Virus record (IMG/VR): IMGVR_UViG_3300036799_000043
Location: 1-64,000 of that record
Strand: one strand, 5' to 3'
Origin: a virus
Length of the DNA stretch: 64,000 nt
This document shows positions 37,642 to 47,247 of this stretch, piece by piece. How positions within the stretch are numbered: the stretch's first letter is position 1; every line of letters starts with the position of its first letter. The notes beneath the pieces are model-generated. The model was not told the origin of the DNA, did not search any database, and saw nothing but the letters and a program-made list of their open reading frames with translations. The position numbers and the translations under genes were made by a program.

Positions 37642-40600
37642 ATGGCCTTTGCGCCAGTCGCGTTCGATCTCGCTGCGTTCGGTGGCGGTCCGCTTGCTGC
37701 GCTGATACAAGACGACACACCTGTTAGCTGGTGGCGACTGGGTGAAGCATCGGGCACTGCGGCCTCAGACAGTGGCTCAGCAGGCGCACCTGGTACGTAT
37801 ACCGGTAGCATCGCGCTCGGGCAGATACCTCTAGAAAACGCAGATGCAACCACATCTGCCGGTTTTGACGGCTCGACTTCGTACGTCACTGTTCCGGACA
37901 ACAACGCTCACTCAATCGGTACAACTGGTGCGCTGACTGTCGTAGCTGTTGTCATTCTGCCAGCGAAGCCATCAGCACTGCTCAGCATCGTCGCGAAAGC
38001 GACTGGCTCGGTGTTTGAGTGGGCATTGCGCGTCTCCGCTAACGGCGGTGTCGAAGCTGACGTATGGACGACGGGCGGTACAACCCTTGCGTCGTCAGGC
38101 GGTGCGAGCATCAGTACGTCGGTCTGGAACTCAGATTACCAGGGGCGCGCGGTACTGCTCGCGTTCACGTTCGATAACTCTGTGGCTGGCGTAAACCCGC
38201 TGCGTTCATACATCAACAAAACGTCATTTGGAAGCGCAGCGAAGACGCTTTCTATAGGCAACACGACTGCGCCAGTCACGATTGGTCGGCGCGGTGACAA
38301 CACTGGAATAGTGCCGAACGGCACGCTTATCCAAGATGTTGCCATATTCGATCACGTGCTCAGCCCGACTCGACTTGCTCAGTACGTCGACGCGCTGCTT
38401 GGTGAGCCGAGCACGTCCGACACGTCTGCGCTGGCTGCGTCAGAGAGTGCTACTGCACCCGATGCAACGTTTGTCCCGACCGACTCGACAGCTTTGGTAT
38501 CGTCTGAGCTTGCAACGCAAGGTGCTGTCTACGCGAGCTACAGCGGCGACAGCGATACGTTCGATACACCGACGAACTGGAGCATAGGGCCGCAGTCTAG
38601 CGTAACTGGTAGTCAAGGGCTACTAACACCGCTCAACACTGGCGCAAACAGTACGTACCTGTCGGAAGTCGCACTGCACGACCTGACCGGTTCGTTTGCG
38701 TCTGTGCAGATTGTGCAACCGCTCAATCAGGTTTCTGGCGCGCAATCGCAGTTCGAGTTACGTTCGCACGGTCTTGGCACGTACTCAACTCTGCTCGTGC
38801 TTGAGAATGGCATATTGTACTTTGAGCGCAATCTGGCAGGAACGTATACGCAAGTAGCGTCTGTTGCCTGGGATGCACCGAACATGACGTTTTGGCGCAT
38901 CAGAGAGGCAGACGGCTATCTGTACGGTGATACATCGCCAGATGGCTCGACGTGGTCGAATGTCGGTTCGTTCCGTTACTTGGGCACACCGATCACCGTA
39001 ACCGACATGCAGGTGAACATCGTCGGCAGTACTTGGAAGTTGGTCGCGTCACCTGGCACGTTGATCGTCGACAACCTGAATCTGTTTATCACCTCGATCA
39101 CACCTGGTGATTCATCAACGATCTTGTCGACGGGCACTGACTCGCTCGCAGCGACGACGAGTGCAACTGACAGCGAGTCGCTCACTAGCGGTGAAACCGA
39201 CGCACTCGCGACGACGAGCAGCGCATCCGATACAAGCGCTATTGCCAGTACTGGTTTCGATTCATGGCCAGCATTCTTACCAACGACCGACAGTACATCT
39301 GTCGGCAGTTCTGAGGCGTCGACACTCGGCAGCACAATACCGTCCACTGACAGTAGCGCGCTGACAGCGAGCGAGACTGCTACTGCGAATGCCGGAGGGC
39401 CTGCTGCGCAGAGCGATACTGCGGCGTTCGCGAGTGTCGAGACTGCCGCTGCTGGACTGACGCAGAGCACAGGCGTCGCGAGCTTTAGCGAAGAATTCAA
39501 TAACAACGCCACTGGTACGTGGGGACTGTCGACCGGTGCAGTCATTAGTGGCGGTGTACTCACGACGACGATCCAGAGTACGACTGCTGCAGACTTTCAA
39601 GCCGCACAGACCACAGTCCTCTGGGATGCGACTGACGCGATTGTCAGCGCTCAAGTCGTGCAGTGGCCGAATGCACTCTCTGGTAGTCAAGCGATCTATG
39701 CGTTACGCGTCGCTGGACTCGGAAGTGACACTGTTGACTTTACGTGGGACAACGGCAATCTCACGCCAGAGTACTCAGTTGGTGGTATATACACACACGG
39801 GCCGACAATCACCGCACCTAGTGCGCCAGTGTTGTTGCGCTTCCGAACATCGCATGGTTGGCTGTATTGGGAATACTCATTTGATGCAGTGTCCTGGACT
39901 GCATTGTGGTCGTGGAACTACACGATTGATCTCGCGAGCGTACAGGTTCTGTTTGAGAGCCAGACTTGGAAGGCAGTTACCGGTGCTGGCTCTGCGATCT
40001 GGGACAACCTAAATGTCACCACGTTGCTCTCTAACGACAGCAGCGCCCTGTCGTCGAGTGAAACATCGCTAATTGGCGAATTACTCGTTGCAACTGACAC
40101 TGGTGCACTTGCAAGCAGCGAGGTCGCACTCATCAGCGCTGTCGCAGTCACCGCAGTTGACAGCGATCTATTGCTCAGTCTCGAAAGCTTATTGCTGTCG
40201 AGCACGCGCAGCACGAGCGATAGCAGCGCGTTTGGCAGTACTAACGTTGCCAGTCTGACTGTCAGCACGGTCAGCGTAGATAGTGACGCACTCGCGAGCG
40301 GCGAGGTGCTGAGCGCCCAGCAGAGCACACTGGCATCTGACGCAGAGACGTTGATCGCGAGTGAAGCGACAGTAATCGCTGCGACATTGAGCGCAAGCGA
40401 CAGCGAAGCACTCGTATCTGCCGAGCCAGTGTCAATGACCGCGTTTCGCAGCACGACCGACGCGAGCACGCCAGTCGGCACTGAGACGCCGACGAGCGCG
40501 CAGCAGATCGCACTGAGCGAGTCAACAGGCGTCGCGTCGAGCGACACTGCGCAAGCGACTGCGCTACCCACGCTCAGCGATAGCACGCCGCTGCTGAGTA

Positions 40601-41784
40601 CAGACGCGTCGAGTCTGACAGCGCAGCCTGTTGCGAACGATAGCGAGTCACTCGTGACAGGTGAAGCTGCGCAATATTCTGCGCAGTCGACAGCTAGCGA
40701 TGTCGCGCCACTTACAAGCGCCGAGCAGATCGCAGGCGTATTCCCTGTCCTTGCCAGTGACGCATCGAGTGTCAGCGCGAGCGAGTCTGACCTACTGTCT
40801 GCGGTGATCCCATTGGCTGATAGTGAGTCGCTCGCAAGTAGTGACGTGTTGAGTTACCTGCCAATGCTTGCGTCGAGCGACAGCGGCAGCATTGCGGCAA
40901 GCGAGATTGGTTTTGGTGGATCACCAATCGTCGCGAGTGAGACTGCAGCTATCGCGTCGAGTGAGTCGCATAGCTCGACAGCGAGCTACGCAAGCGGTGA
41001 CGGTGTGCTCGTACACAGCGCAGAGCTTGCAGCACCGCTAGCAACGTCTGCAGCGAGCGAGACGACTGCTACTACGTCGAGCGAGCAATCGACGCTGACG
41101 CCCTTTGTGAGCGTCTCTGATGCGACGCTGACGCTCACGTCTGAGGCAGCGCAGACTACCGAGTTTGCGTTTCCAGTGCAAACGGGTGACGCATCGCCAA
41201 TTACTGCTGACGAACATCTCTCACCGCTGATCGCATTCGCTGCGAATGAGACTGCAGCACTGCTGTCGAGCGAGCTTATCTCCGCACTCGCGCGCGGCAC
41301 ACTGAGCGACGCGAGCGACCTGAGTGCAAGTGAATTTGGCGATGCAATACGCCTAACAGCGTTCTTCGCAAACGACATCGCGCCGTTGCTATCTGATGAG
41401 TCGGGCACATATGCGGTGAGTGTCGGGCGTATCGAAACTGTGCAGATCGTAGCCGCTGAAACGCTGCTCATTTTCGGTGCATTCGCGATCTCTGACGATG
41501 CGACAGTCGCGAGCATCGAACTTGCCGTTATACCGGCGCTGCTGTTTATTGTTGACGCGTCACTGATACAGACAAGCGAGCTAGCGTCGACGTTGCAGTT
41601 TGCCGGCAAGGGCTATCACGACTTCTCGCCAGGTCGTACACGCGCAGATGTCGTCGATAATGGCAGTGTGACAACCAGTACAGCGCGACGCCCGACACGC
41701 GCAGAAATTCTTGTGCCAGGTAGACGCACTGCTAGCACCACCGCGCGCTCGACAGCAGCGACGACGAGCTTGGTCAGGAGATAG
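37642..41784 (+). CDS. Large LamG/ConA-domain protein with long Ser/Thr/Ala-rich (SD...SE) repeats
   Basis: 'PVSWWRLGE.SGT.A.D', FEWALR, GRRGD; two ConA-like units ('WRIRE...SPDGSTW', 'LRFR...EYS.D...W'); roughly 21-aa periodic repeats. Confidence 0.7.
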   Translation: MAFAPVAFDLAAFGGGPLAALIQDDTPVSWWRLGEASGTAASDSGSAGAPGTYTGSIALGQIPLENADATTSAGFDGSTSYVTVPDNNAHSIGTTGALTVVAVVILPAKPSALLSIVAKATGSVFEWALRVSANGGVEADVWTTGGTTLASSGGASISTSVWNSDYQGRAVLLAFTFDNSVAGVNPLRSYINKTSFGSAAKTLSIGNTTAPVTIGRRGDNTGIVPNGTLIQDVAIFDHVLSPTRLAQYVDALLGEPSTSDTSALAASESATAPDATFVPTDSTALVSSELATQGAVYASYSGDSDTFDTPTNWSIGPQSSVTGSQGLLTPLNTGANSTYLSEVALHDLTGSFASVQIVQPLNQVSGAQSQFELRSHGLGTYSTLLVLENGILYFERNLAGTYTQVASVAWDAPNMTFWRIREADGYLYGDTSPDGSTWSNVGSFRYLGTPITVTDMQVNIVGSTWKLVASPGTLIVDNLNLFITSITPGDSSTILSTGTDSLAATTSATDSESLTSGETDALATTSSASDTSAIASTGFDSWPAFLPTTDSTSVGSSEASTLGSTIPSTDSSALTASETATANAGGPAAQSDTAAFASVETAAAGLTQSTGVASFSEEFNNNATGTWGLSTGAVISGGVLTTTIQSTTAADFQAAQTTVLWDATDAIVSAQVVQWPNALSGSQAIYALRVAGLGSDTVDFTWDNGNLTPEYSVGGIYTHGPTITAPSAPVLLRFRTSHGWLYWEYSFDAVSWTALWSWNYTIDLASVQVLFESQTWKAVTGAGSAIWDNLNVTTLLSNDSSALSSSETSLIGELLVATDTGALASSEVALISAVAVTAVDSDLLLSLESLLLSSTRSTSDSSAFGSTNVASLTVSTVSVDSDALASGEVLSAQQSTLASDAETLIASEATVIAATLSASDSEALVSAEPVSMTAFRSTTDASTPVGTETPTSAQQIALSESTGVASSDTAQATALPTLSDSTPLLSTDASSLTAQPVANDSESLVTGEAAQYSAQSTASDVAPLTSAEQIAGVFPVLASDASSVSASESDLLSAVIPLADSESLASSDVLSYLPMLASSDSGSIAASEIGFGGSPIVASETAAIASSESHSSTASYASGDGVLVHSAELAAPLATSAASETTATTSSEQSTLTPFVSVSDATLTLTSEAAQTTEFAFPVQTGDASPITADEHLSPLIAFAANETAALLSSELISALARGTLSDASDLSASEFGDAIRLTAFFANDIAPLLSDESGTYAVSVGRIETVQIVAAETLLIFGAFAISDDATVASIELAVIPALLFIVDASLIQTSELASTLQFAGKGYHDFSPGRTRADVVDNGSVTTSTARRPTRAEILVPGRRTASTTARSTAATTSLVRR

Positions 41785-41786
41785 TC

Positions 41787-42167
41787 ATGCCATCAGCAGC
41801 AACTCAATACGGCAAATCAGGCGACACGATCCCGCAATTTAGCGCAACACTACGTGACGCAGCCGGAGTGCCAGTTGCGCTACTTACAACTGATCTCGTG
41901 ACGTTCAAGCTGCGCGAGCGCATGTCAGCAGGCGCGTCAATGGGCGGTACTGCGACGATCATCGAGCCAGATATAGACGTTGCGACTGACCCAGACAATC
42001 CAAACCTTGGGCTAGTCGAGTACATACTGGCACCGGGTACTGTACTCACGCCTGGCGTGTATCTCGCAGAGTGGATGCTGCACTCTGTCAGCGGTCACGA
42101 AACGACGTTCCCAGACGTTGGCGCAGACACCGTGTATATCTCGCGTCGCTTGCCAGCACCCGCGTGA
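41787..42167 (+). CDS. BppU-like/Ig-fold virion protein
   Basis: 'K.GDT.P...ATL.D....V.L', 'G.VEY', 'G.Y.AEW', 'TFP'. Confidence 0.55.
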   Translation: MPSAATQYGKSGDTIPQFSATLRDAAGVPVALLTTDLVTFKLRERMSAGASMGGTATIIEPDIDVATDPDNPNLGLVEYILAPGTVLTPGVYLAEWMLHSVSGHETTFPDVGADTVYISRRLPAPA

Positions 42168-42178
42168 CGTTCTCGAAA

Positions 42179-42268
42179 GACGTTGCGGTACGCACTGGGC
42201 CATACTCCCCGGTCATATCACGAGACGTTGCAATACGTACTGGGCCATACTCTCCAGTCAGATCACGT
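42179..42268 (+). repeat. Two-copy 45-bp imperfect tandem repeat
   Basis: gacgttgcggtacgcactgggccatactccccggtcatatcacga / gacgttgcaatacgtactgggccatactctccagtcagatcacgt. Confidence 0.85.
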
Positions 42269-42452
42269 GACCATCGCTTTACGACTCGACGCTTGCGCTC
42301 TGTTAGTCAGTCGTGTAGACTGAGACTACACACGACAGAGCAGGGAGGGCGTGCATCAAAGAGTACGCAGCGATTGAACCAGTGATCCCAGCGCGTTGAA
42401 CGGGTCGTGGCTCTACCCGTAAACAGAGCCGATCAGAGACTAGGAGAATCAC

Positions 42453-42926
42453 ATGGCTGCAGAGACACTCAACAAAGTGATCTTCGGTGGACGCGTCGCA
42501 GCAGACGCCGAGATTCGCTACACACAAGACGGAAAACCAGTGTGCCACATTCGCTTCGTGCTCGGCAATCGAAAGAAGGGCGACGACGGCGAGTGGAAAG
42601 ACGATCCCATGTGGATGCGCGTGACGTGCTTTGGTCGCCTCGCTGAGCGCTATTCAGAGCGCCCGCTGCTCAAGGGCCAGCGCATCACCGTGATTGGCCG
42701 CATCGACACGCCGTACATCTACAACGGCGAGCGCGGTTCGGGCGTCAACATTAGCGTCGTCGCTGACGAGATCGCACGCTACGACTTCGACGAGAGCGCT
42801 CAGCGTGGCGGCAACGATGAGGAGTTTGAGGACGCTCGTCCAGCGCGTCAGCCTGCTGCCCAACGTAGTCAGCCAGCAAAGGCAGCGGCGCCGCCCGCAG
42901 ACGACCTGGATGATCTGCCATTCTGA
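42453..42926 (+). CDS. ssb: Single-stranded DNA-binding protein
   Basis: 'LNKVI..GRV.AD.EIRYT..G', 'KG....V.GR', acidic tail DDLDDLPF. Confidence 0.9.
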   Translation: MAAETLNKVIFGGRVAADAEIRYTQDGKPVCHIRFVLGNRKKGDDGEWKDDPMWMRVTCFGRLAERYSERPLLKGQRITVIGRIDTPYIYNGERGSGVNISVVADEIARYDFDESAQRGGNDEEFEDARPARQPAAQRSQPAKAAAPPADDLDDLPF

Positions 42927-42927
42927 G

Positions 42928-43890
42928 ATGAGTAAGAAGCACGCCAGCGGTTACCCAGCCACGCGCGAGCGTGTGTCCGCACAAGTCAAGTCGGTCGTCA
43001 GACTGCTTGACTTGGGCGTGGACGAAGCAGAGGCAGTACAGATCGTCAAAGACTATGGCTGCGAACGTGTGCATGAGCTTCTCGAACTGTCAGACTCACA
43101 ACTGTATGCCCCTGAGGGCGAAGGCGAGTCGGCACGCGCAAGCGCCGAATGTGCACTGCGCGCGTACATCAAGACGCAAGTCGACGCGACGCGCGACAAG
43201 CATCCGTGGCCGTATCAGTCAGTCTGCGATCTACTGCAGAAACACGGCGAAGTCTTCCGAGTCGAGTCGTACGCGAAGCAACCATATTCGCTCGGCAAGA
43301 TTGGCCGCTGCTACGCGAACGCGATTGATGCGGTGCTGCGCCGACCGACGCATCTGACGTACGTCGAAGGCTACGCACTGTCGCGATTGGGAGTGCCATT
43401 AGAGCACGCGTGGGTCGTCGACGACGCTGGCAAAGCGTGGGACGTTACATGGAAATGGTCAGAGCGCAGCGAGCATCACCGAGCAGACGAGAGTGCGCTC
43501 ATCGGCGTTCGTGTGCCTATCAACGCGCTGCAAGCTCACTGGAGGACGTGTGCTGGCGCGGCGTTTCTCGAAGATAGGCGGCATCACTTTCCAGCGCTGC
43601 GGGTGCCGTATTCCGCCTGGTCAGACGTGCTCGTTGACGAGCTTGCGCAGATACGCGAGAAACACTGTCTGCCAATCGTTGCGTCAGGAAAGGCAGTCGA
43701 AGACGAAATGTCCGGGATGATAAACACACTCGTTCCGGGTGCTGTCGTGTGTACGCGGTGCAACACTCAGATTCTCAAGGATGAGAAGCGTATGTGGATA
43801 ACAGACGTGACAGACGGTACGCAGTCGAGAGTATGCGAGCCGTGTGGTTTGACGGTTGCGGCGCGCTACAACGTGCCGCTAGTCGAATGA
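42928..43890 (+). CDS. Hypothetical protein with transglutaminase/papain-like C-H-D motif
   Basis: 'CYANA...YVEGYA...EHAW..D....DVTW'. Confidence 0.5.
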   Translation: MSKKHASGYPATRERVSAQVKSVVRLLDLGVDEAEAVQIVKDYGCERVHELLELSDSQLYAPEGEGESARASAECALRAYIKTQVDATRDKHPWPYQSVCDLLQKHGEVFRVESYAKQPYSLGKIGRCYANAIDAVLRRPTHLTYVEGYALSRLGVPLEHAWVVDDAGKAWDVTWKWSERSEHHRADESALIGVRVPINALQAHWRTCAGAAFLEDRRHHFPALRVPYSAWSDVLVDELAQIREKHCLPIVASGKAVEDEMSGMINTLVPGAVVCTRCNTQILKDEKRMWITDVTDGTQSRVCEPCGLTVAARYNVPLVE

Positions 43891-44543
43891 CGTTTGGTCA
43901 GAGCGCTGGTGTGGCGGTGAGCATAGCTGTTATCACTGCGGTATATGCTGTCGCGTGCTCAGCGCCAGTCACTCATCCAGAAGCGGCACCGACGCCATAC
44001 CCCGAGACTGCAGCTATCGGTGTCGCGACGTACTTTGCTCGCGACGCCGAGCACCCGGAGCAGATCGTCGTGCAAGACGTGAACTCTGCGCAGAGCGAGA
44101 TCGTCACCGCCATGTACAGCTTCACGTACAAGCCAATCTGGGACGCGTACGTCGCAGCAGTCAAGCGTGGCGTAGCAGTGACGCTGCTGACAGATCAGAC
44201 CGAGCTACGCGGCAATGCTGCACAGACGAGCGGTGTTGCGTCGCTGTGTGCGCTCGGCGTCAAAGTGCGCGAGAACGTGCCGAAAGGTCGCGCGCTCGAA
44301 CATCTCAAGCTGAGCGTGATTGATAAGCGCATCGGCTTGGTTGGTAGCTTCAACTACACAGTCAGTGCCGTCTTGACGAATGACGAGATACTCATCAGAG
44401 TCGCGTCACCGCTCTACGCTGCAGACTGGCGCACTCACATCCTCAAGATGTATTCAGACTCGACGTATTCGCGCGACGCGTGCTCGCTCGTCTCACCGAG
44501 CACACCGACAGCGACAGACAACGCCTCAGACGGCGGCGAGTAA
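43887..44543 (+). CDS. Phospholipase-D-superfamily (Nuc-like, single HKD) probable lipoprotein
   Basis: HLKLSVID-KRIGLV-GSFN matches HxK(x4)D(x6)GSxN; hydrophobic N-terminus ending AVAC. Confidence 0.8.
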   Translation: MTFGQSAGVAVSIAVITAVYAVACSAPVTHPEAAPTPYPETAAIGVATYFARDAEHPEQIVVQDVNSAQSEIVTAMYSFTYKPIWDAYVAAVKRGVAVTLLTDQTELRGNAAQTSGVASLCALGVKVRENVPKGRALEHLKLSVIDKRIGLVGSFNYTVSAVLTNDEILIRVASPLYAADWRTHILKMYSDSTYSRDACSLVSPSTPTATDNASDGGE

Positions 44544-44634
44544 CAAAGGTCACAAAGCTGGCAAAACTCTTGCGATTTATGTAGTCAGCACTGCATACTC
44601 AGTAAGTCACACACGACGAAGGAGAAACAGAACG

Positions 44635-45105
44635 ATGTACGCAAGCGATGCAGTAATCAAGTTCTTGCCAGCGACCGAAACGATTGCCGTTGCCAATGAG
44701 ATCGTCAATCGACTTGGCCGACTCAACGAAGACGTGTCGGCAACAGACGTGTTCGCGACGTACGACGCGATGAAACGAGAGCAGTTCACCGCAAGCGTGC
44801 AGGCTGCGCTCAATCAGGGCAACCACACGAGCGCGCAGCGCTGCAACAATCAAGTACAGCACATCATCGACAGCATCGCTGCTGACAGCTTCACGACCGT
44901 GACGCTCAGCGGTTGCCGCAAACCAGCGTACTGGCTGCATCGCAACAAGTTTGACAATCGCGTGATCGTGTCTGATCGCAAGGGCATTCGCATGCAAGCG
45001 AGTGTCGATGGCGAGAATGGCGCCGCGGGTCGCGACTACGTGTCTAGCTTGCTCGGCAAGAAGCTCGCAGAGGGAGCGCGAGTCGATCAGGGCGTGAGCT
45101 TCTGA
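44635..45105 (+). CDS. Hypothetical protein
   Basis: Promoter, ACACGAC box and AAGGAG upstream. Confidence 0.6.
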   Translation: MYASDAVIKFLPATETIAVANEIVNRLGRLNEDVSATDVFATYDAMKREQFTASVQAALNQGNHTSAQRCNNQVQHIIDSIAADSFTTVTLSGCRKPAYWLHRNKFDNRVIVSDRKGIRMQASVDGENGAAGRDYVSSLLGKKLAEGARVDQGVSF

Positions 45106-45131
45106 TCGATGTCACAAAGATGGCTAAAGTC

Positions 45132-45161
45132 TTGTTTGTCGAATAGTCAGCGCTGTATAGT
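45132..45161 (+). promoter_or_regulatory. Phage promoter with CAGCGCTG (leaderless gene)
   Basis: TTGTTT...CAGCGCTG-TATAGT; ATG 6 nt later. Confidence 0.65.
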
Positions 45162-45167
45162 GGACGC

Positions 45168-45356
45168 ATGAACACGACGAGCGAGCAGCAGCCAGTCTTC
45201 CAGACTCGACACTTTCACATCTACAACTGGAACAATCGGGTTGTCTTCGCGTGTGTCAGCGCGACACGTATCGAAGCTGGCAAGATGCACGGTGGGATTC
45301 GGGAAGTGCGCAGCGAGCGTGACAAGTGCGCGCTGCGACGAAAGCTGGAGGCGTAA
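45168..45356 (+). CDS. Small hypothetical protein (MNTTS...)
   Basis: Leaderless start. Confidence 0.5.
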   Translation: MNTTSEQQPVFQTRHFHIYNWNNRVVFACVSATRIEAGKMHGGIREVRSERDKCALRRKLEA

Positions 45357-45358
45357 TC

Positions 45359-45673
45359 ATGAGCACACCGCTAACCACAGACGAGATCACCGCGATTCGT
45401 GCCGATCTGAAGGCGAACGGCCTGAGCCGCATCGTCAACATGCGCGTCAACAAGCAGCAGTACGCGGCTGGCAGCATCTCACTCTACCCAAGCATCGCGA
45501 CCAGATCGAATTCCTACAGATGGAGTGCGCGCGAGTTTCCGCTTGTTTTCGAGTTTGTGCGTAAGCACAATCTTGGGGCGATCAACGGCACCGACTATTA
45601 CGTGCACGATCTCGGCCACGTCGAGACGGTGTACGGTGCGGGCTTCGCGTTCATCGCACGTAAGACAGACTGA
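45359..45673 (+). CDS. Hypothetical protein
   Basis: SD GGAGG. Confidence 0.55.
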   Translation: MSTPLTTDEITAIRADLKANGLSRIVNMRVNKQQYAAGSISLYPSIATRSNSYRWSAREFPLVFEFVRKHNLGAINGTDYYVHDLGHVETVYGAGFAFIARKTD

Positions 45674-45834
45674 TGAACTTCTGGTACGTGCTCGCGAAGC
45701 TCTTGAGTCTGCATCGCGACGTGCGCGCGCTGCAGCGTGGGCCCGATGCGTTCGCGCGTCGACAGCTTCGCAAGTCGCTGTATCGCACAACTGGCCGGCA
45801 GATCAATTCACTCACACGACGGAGACGAGCATGA
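45673..45834 (+). CDS. Small basic protein (53 aa, MNFWYVLAKLL...)
   Basis: TGATG and ATGA overlaps on both sides; below the track cutoff. Confidence 0.5.
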   Translation: MNFWYVLAKLLSLHRDVRALQRGPDAFARRQLRKSLYRTTGRQINSLTRRRRA

Positions 45835-46370
45835 GCGATAACCCATTCGAGCGCGCACAAGCTGCGCAGAAAATGACGAGCGCAGAGACGCCCATGGATC
45901 TGATGGAGGCGGCGAAGTACTCAAACCCACGTCTCAGCGAGCTTGTTGCGGCGAACCTCGACCTGTCGCTGCAGGCGATCAGACTCGCTGAGACATCAGC
46001 GAAGCAGTCAACGAACATGGTCAATCAGATGACACTGCAGCGCGTTGCCGAGAAGCTCAAGAGTGCACTGCATCAAGCAGCACACCCGCAGGCAGCCGCT
46101 CAGGCACAGCAGCTTGCAGAGGATGACGTTCTCGTCGTCGAAGTCAGAAAGACGGCTCAGGCGCGTCTTGACGCGATCTCGCAGTCAGAGCAGCGTAAGT
46201 ACTGGTTCGACGGCGTGCCGAAGCTCGTCGAGCTTGAGGTCGAGATCAATCGCGACCTCGTCGAGCCGCTTGTGGCGTCGGGTCGTATCAACAAAGGACT
46301 TGTGCGCATCTGGGTTGGCCCGAATCACGTGCTCGCAGTGCATCATGTCGCACTGGAGGTCGCAGCATGA
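45831..46370 (+). CDS. Hypothetical protein
   Basis: SD GGAG; coupled. Confidence 0.55.
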   Translation: MSDNPFERAQAAQKMTSAETPMDLMEAAKYSNPRLSELVAANLDLSLQAIRLAETSAKQSTNMVNQMTLQRVAEKLKSALHQAAHPQAAAQAQQLAEDDVLVVEVRKTAQARLDAISQSEQRKYWFDGVPKLVELEVEINRDLVEPLVASGRINKGLVRIWVGPNHVLAVHHVALEVAA

Positions 46371-46621
46371 GCCGACGTGTGCGCTACATGCTGATGCTGC
46401 AAGCAGTCGTGTTGCTGTTCTCTGGCTACGTGTGGGGGTCGCTCGTGCAGCGCTTGATTGACGGCATTCTCTGGGGCACAGCGCAGACTAACGACGAGAT
46501 AGACAACTGGAAGCTCTTACTGTTTTCCGGTGGCTTCGTCGTCGTGCTCGTCGTGTTTCTGATTGCGCGCAAAGTGTTCCAGAAAATGCTTGACGCTCAA
46601 GTGCGCAGTGCTGTAGACTGA
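46367..46621 (+). CDS. Two-TM membrane protein
   Basis: Two hydrophobic helices. Confidence 0.55.
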   Translation: MSRRVRYMLMLQAVVLLFSGYVWGSLVQRLIDGILWGTAQTNDEIDNWKLLLFSGGFVVVLVVFLIARKVFQKMLDAQVRSAVD

Positions 46622-46625
46622 GACT

Positions 46626-47009
46626 ATGAGCACGACGACACAGCGACAGCAGCTTGCCGCTCTGCGACCCAGTGGCGAAGCCTACAAGCATCACACGTAT
46701 TGGTTCGCAGACGTTCGCAATGGTCGCAGTCACGCGTGTGACTGCCCGGACTACTTTCACCGCAACATCGTTGCCGGCGAGCCTTCGCACCTGTGTCGAC
46801 ATCTGCGCGAGCTTGCAATCGTCGCGATGCAAGCGATCCACAGTGCAGTGAACACCGCGCGCGACGGTAACGTCGACGAGATCGCAGACGCACTGGGAAT
46901 TCCGCACCCAGTGTTCCACGCGTACCAGTCTGTCTACGTTGACGGCAAGCTCGACGACACAGCAGCAATTCGCTATGCGCGTAGCTCGCACATGCGGCTC
47001 GTGTCATGA
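46626..47009 (+). CDS. SWIM zinc-finger protein
   Basis: CDCPDY...CRH; leaderless after a TTGACG...CAGTGCTG-TAGACT promoter. Confidence 0.65.
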   Translation: MSTTTQRQQLAALRPSGEAYKHHTYWFADVRNGRSHACDCPDYFHRNIVAGEPSHLCRHLRELAIVAMQAIHSAVNTARDGNVDEIADALGIPHPVFHAYQSVYVDGKLDDTAAIRYARSSHMRLVS

Positions 47010-47215
47010 ACTGGCAAGACGAGTACAAGCGCTGGGCGATCTACCGTGAAGCGATCCGACACGGTTTCTACGATGATTGGTCTATCGCTGACACTGCGCT
47101 GATCGAGCGCGTGCTGAGGTGTCCGATCAAAATCGAGCAGACTATCGATGAGCTTGAATTCGATGCAGTCGTGCTTGAATTGCCAGTTGTCGTAGACAAC
47201 GTTCTGGTTCAGTAG
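47006..47215 (+). CDS. Hypothetical protein
   Basis: ATGA overlap. Confidence 0.45.
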   Translation: MNWQDEYKRWAIYREAIRHGFYDDWSIADTALIERVLRCPIKIEQTIDELEFDAVVLELPVVVDNVLVQ

Positions 47216-47247
47216 AGCCACCAATACACGACAAGGAGACTTACCCA

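Noticed and set aside
38976-41609. Long antisense ORFs within the 1380-aa gene and other shadow ORFs
   Set aside because: Mirror the repetitive sense-strand codons in GC-rich DNA; no SD or family motifs
12-41784. Diversity-generating retroelement acting on the LamG proteins
   Set aside because: No reverse transcriptase and no near-identical TR/VR nucleotide pair seen; the similarity is only at protein-motif level
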